The notes under the pieces are model-generated. The model did no database searches and was not told the origin of the DNA. It saw only the letters and a list, made by a program, of their open reading frames with translations. This document shows positions 1 through 10,299 of a stretch of 64,000 nucleotides of DNA, piece after piece. Made by a program: the position numbers and the translations under genes. The stretch comes from Nitrospirota bacterium. GTDB taxonomy: Bacteria; Nitrospirota; UBA9217. Where the stretch lies: NCBI GenBank assembly GCA_963796285.1, contig CAWCKW010000012.1, positions 1,088,001 through 1,152,000 on the forward strand, given 5' to 3'. How positions within the stretch are numbered: the first letter of the stretch is position 1; every line of letters starts with the position of its first letter.

Positions 1-368
1 CGGAACGAAAATCGCTCTGCTCCGGGCACGTTAAAGAAATTGTTCTCAGCGCCCGTTGCCAGCAGGAGACAGTCATACCCAAACACTCCTTCCGCCATAC
101 TGACCTGCCTGCTCGTGGTATTGATCGTTGAAACTTCGCCCTGGACAAAATGGATACCTGCCGGTGCCAGCACGGTCTTTAGGGGTATCTGGATGCTCCC
201 GGCAGCGATCTTCCCGGTGGTGACCTCGTGGATGGACGGGAGGAAGGAGTGCTCGGCCTGCCGGTCGATCAGCGTGATCGAGGCACTATCGCCCATGAGG
301 GTCCTGAGGGTGAAGGCCGCTTCCAGTCCACCGAATCCTCCACCCACGATCACGATGTCAAAGCTCAT
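1..368 (-). CDS. FAD-dependent oxidoreductase (NDH-2/SQR-like), 5' part only; runs off the window
   Basis: Minus-strand translation from ATG 368 gives MSFDIVIVGGGFGGLEAA (GxGxxG Rossmann motif) ... YDCLLLATGA. AGGAGG RBS upstream. Not in the ORF track because it is truncated. Confidence 0.85.
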   Translation of the reverse strand, partial: MSFDIVIVGGGFGGLEAAFTLRTLMGDSASITLIDRQAEHSFLPSIHEVTTGKIAAGSIQIPLKTVLAPAGIHFVQGEVSTINTTSRQVSMAEGVFGYDCLLLATGAENNFFNVPGAERFSF

Positions 369-569
369 ACCAATCCTCCTCCTGGGGTAATTCTAGCAGA
401 AAAAATTCAGACAACAGAGACTTAATAGATCCTGGACGGTTAAAATGGACAGCGAATGGAACGGTGTCGTGATATCCAATGCTGAGGGGGCCTTTCATGC
501 CGGGAATTCATTCTTAACAAGAGGGATGTCAAACCGCAAAAAGTTTCAAAATGATGCTAATACGAACTT

Positions 570-598
570 TTGACAATCCGGTTCCGGAGTGCTATACT
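570..598 (+). promoter_or_regulatory. sigma70 promoter for 685..954
   Basis: TTGACA-17 bp-TATACT with an extended -10 (TGn). Confidence 0.75.
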
Positions 599-684
599 TA
601 AATTACAACAGGATTGTATTCGTCCTGTATTTGGTCTGACGTTGGAGGAATAAAACAGCATAAGACCTTAATAGGAGGTACAGT

Positions 685-954
685 ATGAAACGCTACGCGA
701 TCGCAACACCACACAAACCGGAAGATTGCCTCAAAGCATTAGATGAGGGCCTGGCAATAGGTCCGCAGGTACTGGGAAAGTTTGAGTATGGATGCACGGC
801 AGGAGACCATACGGGCTATGCGATAATTGATGCCGAAACCCGCGAAGATGCAATTAGATTTGTTCCGGGCTTCCTGCAGAACACCGCCAAGATCGTTGAA
901 GTGGTGAAGTTTACCCCGGAGATGGTACGGTCATTCCACAAGAAAGCTGCATAG
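685..954 (+). CDS. small hypothetical protein (DUF3303-like ferredoxin fold)
   Basis: Strong AGGAGG RBS and promoter; HxPEDC and GCxxGDHxGY motifs. Confidence 0.75.
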   Translation: MKRYAIATPHKPEDCLKALDEGLAIGPQVLGKFEYGCTAGDHTGYAIIDAETREDAIRFVPGFLQNTAKIVEVVKFTPEMVRSFHKKAA

Positions 955-1183
955 CTGAAAAGGCCAAAGCCAGTACCGAAGTACATATGAGCATGGTGAA
1001 TATCATGCTCTTTTTTTGTCCCGATGGACCGCATATAAATCAATCGAGCAGATAGCATGAACTGAATAGTTTCAGGTAGATGACTCAGGACGTTCTTTCC
1101 CCCCAAGATAAGAGAATGGGCGATATACTATAGTAGTAAGCTGAATCGTAATTACAAAAGGGACTATTCCAGGGAGAAGCGCC

Positions 1184-2134
1184 ATGAACAGCAATGACAC
1201 CTATGATGTGATCATCGTGGGCGGTGGCCCGGCAGGACTGGCAGCCGGGCTCTATTGCCAGCGCGCTGTCTTGAAAACGATCCTGTTCGAAAAGGGTCTG
1301 GTCGGGGGCCAGATCGCCATATCAAAGGACGTGGAGAATTACCCGGGCGTGCAGGGCATTACCGGATTCGATCTTGCGGAAAAGATGGTCCAGCATGCCG
1401 AGTCTTTCGGGCTGAGGATCATCCAGGAAGAAGTGGCAACGGTGATCAGTGGCCCGGACGTTCACTCGGTCCGGCTTGCCAATGGGACCGTGTATTCGAC
1501 GTATGCTCTGATCCTGGGGGCAGGCGGGTCCGTGCGTAAACTCGGCGTGCCCGGCGAAGCTGAATATCTGGGAAGCGGGGTTTCCTATTGTGGCACCTGC
1601 GACGGGTTCTTTTTCAAGGACAAGACCGTTGTGGTCGTGGGCGGCGGGGATACGGCAGTCGAGGAGGCCCTGATCCTCTCACGGCTTGCTCGCAAGGTAT
1701 ATCTCGTTCACCGGAAAGGCGTGCTGCGCGCAAGCAACCGGCTGCTCCTCAGCCGTCTCCTGGCCGAGCCTGGGATCGAAGTGATCTGGAACACGATCAT
1801 TACGGAGATCAATGGTGACGGTCGGTCCGTGAACGTCGTCTCCCTCATGAACACCGAGACCGGAGCAGCGAGAGACCTTCCTACGGACGGCGTCTTCATC
1901 TTTATCGGGTATGTTCCGAATACGACCTTGATACCGCCTGAGGTACGCATGAATGAACAGGGCTTCGTCATCACGGACGAAAAATGCGAGACGAGCGTTC
2001 CCGGCATCTTCGCCATCGGAGACCTGCGCCAGAAGTTCGCCAACCAGATCGTGGTTGCAGCCGCTGACGGGGCCATCGCAGCCCTGGCTGCGGCGCATTA
2101 TGTTGAGGCGCGAAAGGCGGCCGTACTACCCTGA
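1184..2134 (+). CDS. trxB: thioredoxin reductase
   Basis: GGGPAG, GVSYCGTCDG (CxxC), VVGGGDTAVEEA and TSVPGIFAIGD motifs. Confidence 0.95.
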   Translation: MNSNDTYDVIIVGGGPAGLAAGLYCQRAVLKTILFEKGLVGGQIAISKDVENYPGVQGITGFDLAEKMVQHAESFGLRIIQEEVATVISGPDVHSVRLANGTVYSTYALILGAGGSVRKLGVPGEAEYLGSGVSYCGTCDGFFFKDKTVVVVGGGDTAVEEALILSRLARKVYLVHRKGVLRASNRLLLSRLLAEPGIEVIWNTIITEINGDGRSVNVVSLMNTETGAARDLPTDGVFIFIGYVPNTTLIPPEVRMNEQGFVITDEKCETSVPGIFAIGDLRQKFANQIVVAAADGAIAALAAAHYVEARKAAVLP

Positions 2135-2314
2135 GCTGGTCCCTGTCACCACGTTCTTATACCGCAAGGATCAGATCATTGTTCTTCTTCGCGTTCACAA
2201 TCCTGCTGATAGAATGAAAATGCATGCCCGGATGACCAGAGAACTCATGCTTGACGGAAACCGTGTTTCTCAACAGACTCAGTAGATATGACCCATCGAT
2301 TCCCAGCACCGGAT

Positions 2315-3655
2315 TCATTGGTTCTGCGACAACGTGAGCGGCACGCTTTCAAAGATCGACGTTGCATAGTTGGGGAATGATCCGGTGGGAAAACTGCTGA
2401 TATAAACGCGCGGCGTCTGTCCTCCGATTGTGGGATCTCCGGTTTCGCCCATGAGGGTCGGGTAATACAGTGTTCGCCCTGTCTCGCTGTACCCGGCACC
2501 GATTGGCCCAGACCAATTGAGCAGGTCGTTCGAGGCTCGCACCTTAATGCTCCCGCTCGACTGGTACACGGCCAGGTACACATTGAAGGCGCTGTCGTAG
2601 ATCACTTCGGGCTGGCCTCCTGGCTCGTCGGTCCAGAGAGGTTTATACGAGCCGGCGGTCCCCGTTTCATCAGGCGTATCGCTGGTTGCAGGCTGCGTCC
2701 AGGGATCCGGTGAAGCGCCGTCGTACTTGTGGAACACCGTCGCGACCTTGTGCGGGTCGCCGGAGAGCGCGGCCGCTACCACGTCGCTATAGAGCGCGCG
2801 CGCGACACCTATACAAGCTCGTGTGTCGCAGACGCCCGGCAGCCCCGGCAGGAGATCGGTGTAGAACAGATAGAAGTAGGCGGTGCCAGGGTCCGCGGGC
2901 GGGTTGTCAAGGTGTTTGCCGTTCGCGTCGGCGACGACCAGTGAGCCATACCCGACGTTCATGTTTTCGCCTCCGCCGGTGAAGACGGATATCGGCTGAC
3001 TCGGCTGGAAGATCTGCCCCACGACCTTGAAGGTCTTCCCATCGTCAATGGACATTGCCAACCCGAGGGCACCGTAAAAGCAAGTCACCTCGGAGCCTGA
3101 ACCGCCGACAACAGCGCATTTGCCGCTCGCGGTCGACGGGTTCTGCCAGTGATACTCGCCATGGAAGGGAATGAACCATCCGCTTGTCCCGTTGCTCGCA
3201 AAGTGCACGACCTGACCGCCGGCCGCATAGTCCTTGTTGAAGATCCAGCCGGACGGCCCGTCTCCGGGACCGAACAACCTCGTGCAATTACTTCCGGAAA
3301 CGTGATCGAGCGTACCGATGAACGAGAATTCTCCGTTGACGCTGGGGGTTCCTGCGCACAGGGCATTGGCGCCGGCGCTGCCGAAGAACGTGTAGGTCAT
3401 GCCGCTCACGGGGAGGGCCCCGAACTGACCGTCCGAAGGACCGAAGGAGAAGCCGTAGCTTGTGAGTTCGGTATGCGTCGCGAAGGTGACGGGTGAGCCA
3501 AAGGTCCCGACGATATTAGGAATTGCTGGTGTCGACCCGCTATCACTTCCTCCGCCACCTCCACTCCCGCACCTCACGAGTGCAACAGATATGATAAAGA
3601 ACAAAGACAGTGTCAATACTATATTAAATTTATTATATTTTCCGTTCATGTCCAT
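2315..3655 (-). CDS. putative lipoprotein with beta-propeller/glycoside-hydrolase-like domain
   Basis: Hydrophobic signal followed by LVRC, Gly/Ser linker, Asp-box-like SIDDGKTF; AAGGAG RBS before ATG 3655. Confidence 0.7.
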   Translation of the reverse strand: MDMNGKYNKFNIVLTLSLFFIISVALVRCGSGGGGGSDSGSTPAIPNIVGTFGSPVTFATHTELTSYGFSFGPSDGQFGALPVSGMTYTFFGSAGANALCAGTPSVNGEFSFIGTLDHVSGSNCTRLFGPGDGPSGWIFNKDYAAGGQVVHFASNGTSGWFIPFHGEYHWQNPSTASGKCAVVGGSGSEVTCFYGALGLAMSIDDGKTFKVVGQIFQPSQPISVFTGGGENMNVGYGSLVVADANGKHLDNPPADPGTAYFYLFYTDLLPGLPGVCDTRACIGVARALYSDVVAAALSGDPHKVATVFHKYDGASPDPWTQPATSDTPDETGTAGSYKPLWTDEPGGQPEVIYDSAFNVYLAVYQSSGSIKVRASNDLLNWSGPIGAGYSETGRTLYYPTLMGETGDPTIGGQTPRVYISSFPTGSFPNYATSIFESVPLTLSQNQ

Positions 3656-3931
3656 GGTGTTCTCCTTAAAGGGAACATTGCCTGTTGCATTCTGCATTGA
3701 ACAATAGAGCCCCGTTGTCAGGAGCCGGGAATTCCCTCACAATAACGACACCCCCCGTAGCTACTGCCGGGGGATTCATATTCGAAGGGTTGAGTCCATA
3801 TTGCATTCAGAAGAGGTAGGCTCGTAGCGGCCGCGGGATCAAGACGTCAGGCTGATCTCGACTTTCTTGCCTGAACGCAAGGGAATCACCTCATGCCTTA
3901 AACCTGATCCCCGACCGACCGATTGCACACG

Positions 3932-4351
3932 CTATTTCACCATGGTGGTGGCCTCAGCTCCTTTGGGGAGCAGAATGCTTATCGCAAGTCGCGCTGTTAC
4001 GGTCCCTGCATTAACCGCTGCATGGACATCGCCGGGGCGTTCAGTCCAACTCTCCCCTGTCTTGATCACCCGCTCGATGCCCTTCTCGCGCAGGGTCATC
4101 TCGCCGCTCAGCACCGTTACGAGCACATACCCGCCGTGCTTATGGTTGGTGACCCCTGCCCCTGCCGGAAAATCCTGGATTATCGTGAGCAGATCATAAT
4201 CGCCACCTGTTATGGCGATGGGGAACTTGGACATATTGACTACGACCGGGCCCGGCGCCGCGGCCATCCCGACTTTCTCTTCGGCTGCCGCTGTTGCAAT
4301 CAAAAGAAACAACATGAGGGCTGCCAAGAATGATTGTTTTAGGGTTTTCAT
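3932..4351 (-). CDS. secreted cupin domain protein
   Basis: Signal peptide; HKH...VLSGE...GESWTE...H cupin motifs; AGGAGG RBS. Confidence 0.85.
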   Translation of the reverse strand: MKTLKQSFLAALMLFLLIATAAAEEKVGMAAAPGPVVVNMSKFPIAITGGDYDLLTIIQDFPAGAGVTNHKHGGYVLVTVLSGEMTLREKGIERVIKTGESWTERPGDVHAAVNAGTVTARLAISILLPKGAEATTMVK

Positions 4352-4725
4352 AGCACACCTCCTTGTTAAATACAGCTAAACCATATCGGGCCGGTCTGCC
4401 CATCAAACCGGACCTTTCGCCTCCTTTTTCTTTTAATTTTAATCTAGCACCCGCTCTCTTTGTTGTCAAGATTTGAACATAAATTATAAAAACAAGTCCT
4501 GTGGGATGCAAACTATATTACATTTTAAGCTGACTGCAGGGGCAGGCTTTGTACTGAGGAGCCTTCCCTGCTGCAACCTTCGTATTAAAAGTTAGAGGAA
4601 ACCTTAAAGTCTTTATTGTTAACATTTCAACCTTGCTTCAAATAAAGTATTTATATATCCAAGAGGTTTTTGGCGGGATCAAGGGTCACCCACGTAATAG
4701 GCGCTGACAATAAGGTGTTCCAACC

Positions 4726-5295
4726 TTATTTCACGAGAAATAGTGTGAATGTCTGGTCCGGCAGGAAGTCGAATGACCTCATCAGGGTGTAACCCGCTTT
4801 CTCCATCTCCTGAATGACGGTCTCTCCCGGCGTATGGTGCTTGAAGAGGGCGACAAAATTGAAACCGCGCTTTGGCTTGTGATCGATGATCGCGACCCGC
4901 CCGCCCTGTTTCAAATATTTTTTAATATTGCTGAAATAGTCCGTGGGCGCAGGTAAATGATGAAACACATTCCTGGCGAATACAAGGTTGAGACCGGCTT
5001 CCGGCAGATCCATCTCACCTCCCACACCAAGGACAGTGCTGATATTATCAAGTCCTTCCCGTGCCGCCTTGCGTCTGATGAAATCAAGATACTTCGATTT
5101 CACGTCAACCGCATAGACCCTCCCCATCTTTCCAGCTTTCTTGGCAAGGGCAAGCGTAAAATATCCGCCCCCGGAACCGATGTCGGCAATGATATCCCCT
5201 TCGTGAATCTTCAGGCTCGCGATGATCTCGACAGGTTTGCTTTTCGCTGAAGAGGCTTCCGTATTTAATATGTTCAGAAAAAGGGAGGTAAACAT
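4726..5295 (-). CDS. class I SAM-dependent methyltransferase
   Basis: IADIGSGGGYF motif I, VYAVD, LKQGGRVAIID. Confidence 0.9.
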   Translation of the reverse strand: MFTSLFLNILNTEASSAKSKPVEIIASLKIHEGDIIADIGSGGGYFTLALAKKAGKMGRVYAVDVKSKYLDFIRRKAAREGLDNISTVLGVGGEMDLPEAGLNLVFARNVFHHLPAPTDYFSNIKKYLKQGGRVAIIDHKPKRGFNFVALFKHHTPGETVIQEMEKAGYTLMRSFDFLPDQTFTLFLVK

Positions 5296-5371
5296 TTAAT
5301 AACGCCTAACGAGATAAAACCTCAATGCAACGCACATCTACGTCTCCAAGATGTTCATTAGTACTTTCCCA

Positions 5372-5554
5372 TCAGGGTTTGATATAGGCATTCAGTCCGA
5401 TGATGACAGGTTTGTCGTTTACTTTGGAGGTGGTGACGACATTTCCCCTCGTGCTCGCAACGACAAGGGTTTTGCCGGATGCCGACGGGGTCGGGGTTTC
5501 CAGGTCAATTTCGATATACAGTTTGTTGTCTTTTATCTCAACTTTCATTGCCAT
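5372..5554 (-). CDS. small conserved hypothetical protein
   Basis: AAGGAG RBS; PTPSASGKTLVVASTRGN motif of a known small-protein family. Confidence 0.75.
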   Translation of the reverse strand: MAMKVEIKDNKLYIEIDLETPTPSASGKTLVVASTRGNVVTTSKVNDKPVIIGLNAYIKP

Positions 5555-5739
5555 TGGTAGTTCTCCTTTTTTGATTTTCTATGCTTCTATTGCTTTGCTG
5601 CCTGCCCCGATGATGCCGTCTAGATCGAGGATTTTACAATCCAGCACATCCGACACTGCGTAGATATCCGTTGTGTGTCGCAAGATAACAATATAGACCC
5701 CGGAGCTTCATGATGCAAGGCCTCAGTATGATGTGTTGC

Positions 5740-6387
5740 TCATCGCCGGGTGACCAGCAGCGTGCGCCGGTCCCTGTTCTCCGCCGCCTGCTGCACCTGG
5801 GTCCCGCATCCCTCGCCATACACCAGCTCGATCGCCTCGACAAAACCAGGGCTCAGACAGCGCGAACCCGGCGCTTTCCGGGAATTGCATTTGAACCGAA
5901 ATGCATCACTGATGATGGAGAGTGCCTCATCGCCGTCCGAGAAGTGCAGGGGCCAAAGGAGGCAGACCTTCGGCTTTACCTGCTCGAGGGGCAGGCCGAG
6001 TGTCACGGCAACAGTGTGCAGGGAGCAGTGGGTCCGGTGATGGGACCAGTAGGCAAAAAGGCAGAGACCATCCTCGGTCGTGTCGATGGAAAATAGCCCG
6101 CGTTCCTCTTGCTCGAACACGTTGTCGTATCCCCGCTTGGTCAGGAGATGGGGGCAGTACTTGGCAGCCTCGGGCAGGACCCTGATGATCCTCTTCATCT
6201 CCGCCGTGGTAACGCAGACCTCGTAGGACGAACAGCAGCACCGCTCGCCCCTGGCGCAGCCGTTGCAGCGGTTCTCGAGCGACAGGAGCGCCTCGACATC
6301 GACCTCCACGCTGCTGCGCTGATGCGGCGGCTGATACTGGTGACGACGATTTTCCGGACTATTCGATCTCATAGGCGTCAAACTCAC
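5740..6387 (-). CDS. Cys-cluster protein (YkgJ/DUF3109-like)
   Basis: CxxC...CC...C, CLF, CSLH and KPKVCLLWP motifs. Confidence 0.75.
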   Translation of the reverse strand: MSLTPMRSNSPENRRHQYQPPHQRSSVEVDVEALLSLENRCNGCARGERCCCSSYEVCVTTAEMKRIIRVLPEAAKYCPHLLTKRGYDNVFEQEERGLFSIDTTEDGLCLFAYWSHHRTHCSLHTVAVTLGLPLEQVKPKVCLLWPLHFSDGDEALSIISDAFRFKCNSRKAPGSRCLSPGFVEAIELVYGEGCGTQVQQAAENRDRRTLLVTRR

Positions 6388-6434
6388 CCCTCCTTTCTAC
6401 GCGAGGGGACTAAGGCGAGGGACCTGCACGGTTA

Positions 6435-7805
6435 CTACCCCAGCAATTCATGAATGGACAAGGGCTCTTTCTTCCCTTTCACCTCGGCCGCGAACTGTTT
6501 TCCCCATCGGAACCCGTCCCCCGCGAGGTCGCGCGTTCTCGTAGAGCAAAGTATGGTCGTTCCCGCGATCTTGTTGTATGCTTCGATGCGGGAGGCCGTG
6601 TTCACCGTATCGCCAAGAGCGGTGTATTCCTTCTTCTTATGAAAACCCAGGCTTCCCAGGATCACGGTGCCGGAATGGATGCCCATGCCGATCGTGAACT
6701 CGTGGTTGAGGTTAGTCCGCACATATTGATTGAACCCGGGAAGGGCCTGAACAATGCTGCGTGCAGCGGAGACCGCTTGTCGGGCATGATCGCTGCCGGC
6801 GTTCTGCTCCAGCCCGAAAATGACCATGATCCCGTCACCCATGTATTTATCGATGTATCCTCCATGACTGTCGATGATCGCACCAATGGTCTCGAAATAC
6901 CGGTTCAGGATGTGGATCACGTCATACGGCAGTGCGCGTTCGGAGAAGGCCGTGAAAGACCGGATGTCGCTGAACAGCACGGTAACCTCGGCCTCACGGC
7001 CCACGTCGCCCGGATCAATACGCCCCTCCCGAATGGCGAACAGGATGTCGGTATCGTCGAGCACCAGCCGCCTGAGGGTCACATCCCCGGAGACCGTCGT
7101 CTGGCAGGCGAGCCGGATCTCGGGAGAGAAGCCCTTGGTGCGTGCAAGGCGCGCTTCGGCCTCGTTCCTCGGCCTGCAGTGATCGAGTCCCCCGGAAACG
7201 AGGACGCGGCAGGTGGAGCAGCGCGCGCGTCCACCGCACACGTGGGTGTGCGGTATCCCGGCGCCGAGCGATGCCTCGAGGATCGGGACCTTCGAGGTCG
7301 TCCTCACGTCCTTGTCCCCGCTGAAATGCAGGGTAACACTCACCTCGTCACCTTCCGCGCCGGAGACCGACCGTGCTTCCGGCCGTACCGTACCTTCGAA
7401 CGTGGTGAACCGCTCAAGGTAGGACCCTGCCAGGTCCTTGATCCGCATGGCAACCGGACGGTCATCCTTCGCGCCGCAATGGCCGTGGATGCAAAAGTAG
7501 GCGACATTAAAGCTGCTGCAAAGGTCATACAGGGAACAGGTCACGCAGTTGCAGCCTTTTTCCGTGATGGGGACCGAGCTGATGCCGCTGGCGCAGTACA
7601 GCGCTTCGTCGCGCATCCCGGGAAAGCTCGGGCAGGACCGGCAGCTGCAGCGAAGGAGATTGGCAAGGTTCATGCGGATCGTAGGATGGTCCCTGCCCCG
7701 CGCCAGCCGGTCCCGTTCCATCATGGGCGCATCGAGCTTCTCCGCCAGACGCTGCGGCACCAGACGCAGTATTGATCTGATCAGGTTTATCATCATACAC
7801 AGCAT
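6435..7805 (-). CDS. class III adenylate/guanylate cyclase with 2Fe-2S ferredoxin and N-terminal Cys-rich (DUF2769-like) domain
   Basis: CGGRARCSTC...RLACQ ferredoxin; LFSDIRSFT, KYMGDG, GDTVNTASR and VKGK cyclase motifs; start uncertain. Confidence 0.9.
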   Translation of the reverse strand: MLCMMINLIRSILRLVPQRLAEKLDAPMMERDRLARGRDHPTIRMNLANLLRCSCRSCPSFPGMRDEALYCASGISSVPITEKGCNCVTCSLYDLCSSFNVAYFCIHGHCGAKDDRPVAMRIKDLAGSYLERFTTFEGTVRPEARSVSGAEGDEVSVTLHFSGDKDVRTTSKVPILEASLGAGIPHTHVCGGRARCSTCRVLVSGGLDHCRPRNEAEARLARTKGFSPEIRLACQTTVSGDVTLRRLVLDDTDILFAIREGRIDPGDVGREAEVTVLFSDIRSFTAFSERALPYDVIHILNRYFETIGAIIDSHGGYIDKYMGDGIMVIFGLEQNAGSDHARQAVSAARSIVQALPGFNQYVRTNLNHEFTIGMGIHSGTVILGSLGFHKKKEYTALGDTVNTASRIEAYNKIAGTTILCSTRTRDLAGDGFRWGKQFAAEVKGKKEPLSIHELLG

Positions 7806-7883
7806 GCCTTAATGGGGCTTGTTAATAGAATGAAGAGTGCGAGCCTTCATATGGGTTGCCCTATGATGCTCGATCCTGATATG

Positions 7884-8615
7884 CTACAGCACGATTCTGC
7901 CAATGTAGGACCTCAACTCAGCGGAAGCTTCGAGGGCCGCCTGGACCACCGTAGGATCGTAAACAGTGCCCGATCGCGCAGTGATCTCTTCCACCGCTTC
8001 GTCGAACAGCAAAGCCTCCCGGTAAGGCCGTTTGACCGTCAGCGCATCAAGAATGTCCGCGATCGCGAACACCCGCGCACCATGCGGGATCGCCTCGCCC
8101 GTGAGCCCCCGCGGATAACCGGAACCATCGAAGTGTTCATGGTGACTCCTGATGATCTCCGCCGCCCTGCTGAAATATCCGATGTGGCCGATGATCCGCT
8201 GGCCGATCTCGGGATGCGTGTGCATGATCACCTGTTCTTCGGGCGTCAGGGGTCCGGTCTTATGCAGTATGGCGTCGGGAACGCCGATCTTGCCGATGTC
8301 ATGCAGCAACGCCCCGCAATAGAGGTCCACCAGTTCCCGTCCCTTGACGTCGCAGGACCGCGCGATGATGAGCGAGAACTCCGTAACTCGCAGGGAGTGG
8401 TTCCCCACTTCATGCTCGCGCGCATCGATGGCGCTGACCAGGGCTTCGAGCGTGACAAGATAAGCCGCGTCCATGCTGTGCACGATGCCTTCAAGATAGG
8501 TATCATTGAAATAACAATGCTCGCAGCGGAAGGTCCCGTCGGGACGCAGGACATACCGGTTATCTTCAACCGGATGGCCGCAATTCGGGCAGATCAGGAT
8601 GCGAAAAGATTGCAT
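7884..8615 (-). CDS. HD-GYP phosphodiesterase with N-terminal zinc ribbon
   Basis: CPNC...CEHC; HDIGK, HHEHFDGSGYP and RPYR. Confidence 0.9.
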   Translation of the reverse strand: MQSFRILICPNCGHPVEDNRYVLRPDGTFRCEHCYFNDTYLEGIVHSMDAAYLVTLEALVSAIDAREHEVGNHSLRVTEFSLIIARSCDVKGRELVDLYCGALLHDIGKIGVPDAILHKTGPLTPEEQVIMHTHPEIGQRIIGHIGYFSRAAEIIRSHHEHFDGSGYPRGLTGEAIPHGARVFAIADILDALTVKRPYREALLFDEAVEEITARSGTVYDPTVVQAALEASAELRSYIGRIVL

Positions 8616-9152
8616 GGGTCGGTCCCTCTCGCTTTAGTATAGCACCTGATACCAGCCCTTCGAGCTGGAAAGGAAAGTCTGTTTTCAGGCGTCTGGTCGA
8701 ACCGCTTTCTCCGAGCCCCCCTTTACCGCGTCGGTTGCTTTGCGGGCAATGACGTCGGGAACGGGAAGATTGTCGGAATGGCAATTTTCAAGCTGACGCA
8801 CTACCACTTACGGGCAAACTCTTATATCTAATCATGACCCCGGCGATTGTTCCGTATTGTTTGTCTACTGGCGCAACGTCAATTTCAGGCAGAAGGTCCA
8901 TTTAAATACTCCCCCGCGGGTGAGCTATAATAAAATTCTGAAGCAGTTGGTCATTTGGCGCAACAGGATGGTGAAATAACGCCAGTTGCCGGTCATTAAT
9001 ACTAAAGGGCATCGTCACTCTCAATATAAAGTCGCCCTAATATTACTGATAAAACGGTGATTTATTATCCTTCTTTTTATTTTTTAAGGAAAATTAAAAA
9101 ACGGCGTCAAAATTGCTTGTTAGATTATGAAGCATATTTGGAGGGAGCGATC

Positions 9153-9368
9153 ATGAATATTACAAGCCGGCAGCAAGATTACATGAGAGGCAGTAAGCCT
9201 TTGTTCGTACCCCAAACAAGCAAGAGAGCAAGGATGGTAAGGAAATCCGCACCAGCAGAACCAATTTGCCCTTTTACGCTCGAACCGCGCACGAACTGTT
9301 TTACCAATAGTGCATCTAATGGTAAAGTATGCTCTTTCACCATGGAACCATGCAGTATTTCATGTTAA
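9153..9368 (+). CDS. small Cys-rich hypothetical protein
   Basis: GGAGGGAG RBS before ATG 9153; 71 aa with 5 Cys in the C-terminal half. Confidence 0.45.
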   Translation: MNITSRQQDYMRGSKPLFVPQTSKRARMVRKSAPAEPICPFTLEPRTNCFTNSASNGKVCSFTMEPCSISC

Positions 9369-9646
9369 ACTGTAACAGAGAATTTATCACTGCAAGGAGT
9401 TTGCGCAAAAAACGAATGTACGTTTTTGAAGATTAAAATAATTCTTCGCATCGGCCTCGCTTATTTCATCTATGGCGCAGGATTCAATGATCATCCGCAA
9501 GGTAATTGCCGGCTTTTCATTTCAGCATTCCAATTTGCTTCATACAAGCAAGCTTACTTCCAAAATAACTCTTCGCTGCATCAATCATTTTATCATCGAG
9601 ATTTTAAGCACGACAGTATCTTATATCACGGCCCAATCCTGCGTTC

Positions 9647-10162
9647 TTAGTTCTGCTCCAAGCCTTGCTTCTTGGCAAGTTCAAGACTGAGCGCTGCCGA
9701 GATGGCTTTGTTTACGTTAAGCCGACAGTTTGCCAGGGCCGAGGCGGACGGCCCCTTGACTTTGTTTGCCGCCATGCAATGGAGGTCGCGAAGGCTGTTC
9801 CCTTCCGATGTGCAGGAGCCTTCGCCGATAATCACCAATCGGATCTTTTTGACGAGATCAATTGTCTTATCATTCTTGGGGATTGAGTTAACGCGAAATT
9901 CAAGGCGGCGCAGCTGCTGACCGATGTCAGTATAAAAATCCTGGTGCTTGCTGAAGGCGGCCTTTTTCGTCCCGGCTTGCTGGATCATCGTTTCTATGAA
10001 ATCATCGGTTTTTTGTTGGATGGTCGTCAAGCTTTTGTCCGTCACTTCATCATAGTCGGAAATAAGCCGGGCTCCCGCGCACCCAACCAGCAGGATTGCG
10101 CAAAGAATGGCGACCCAATACTTGAGAACCTGATTTCCCGACAAAGACATTCTATTCATCAT
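9647..10162 (-). CDS. putative lipoprotein
   Basis: AGGAGG RBS; LVGC lipobox. Confidence 0.75.
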   Translation of the reverse strand: MMNRMSLSGNQVLKYWVAILCAILLVGCAGARLISDYDEVTDKSLTTIQQKTDDFIETMIQQAGTKKAAFSKHQDFYTDIGQQLRRLEFRVNSIPKNDKTIDLVKKIRLVIIGEGSCTSEGNSLRDLHCMAANKVKGPSASALANCRLNVNKAISAALSLELAKKQGLEQN

Positions 10163-10299
10163 ATCCTCCTGTACGCAACGGGTGCAAGACGTCCCACTCA
10201 ACGCACAGCCATAGAAAAAAGCTTGTCAATATCAACGACCCGAATATTTTTTTGCAATCAGAATGCTTCACGTCATTCGGATGACATCAGCGCCGGAGT

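Noticed and set aside
2132-2134. TGA stop of trxB as a possible Sec extension
   Set aside because: The protein is already complete, there is no convincing hairpin, and the read-through peptide is short with no motif.
6450-7775. Long antisense ORFs (also 23021-24217, 40411-41295, 41347-42216, 54521-55519, 56639-57922)
   Set aside because: These are shadows of GC-rich genes with clear motifs on the opposite strand.
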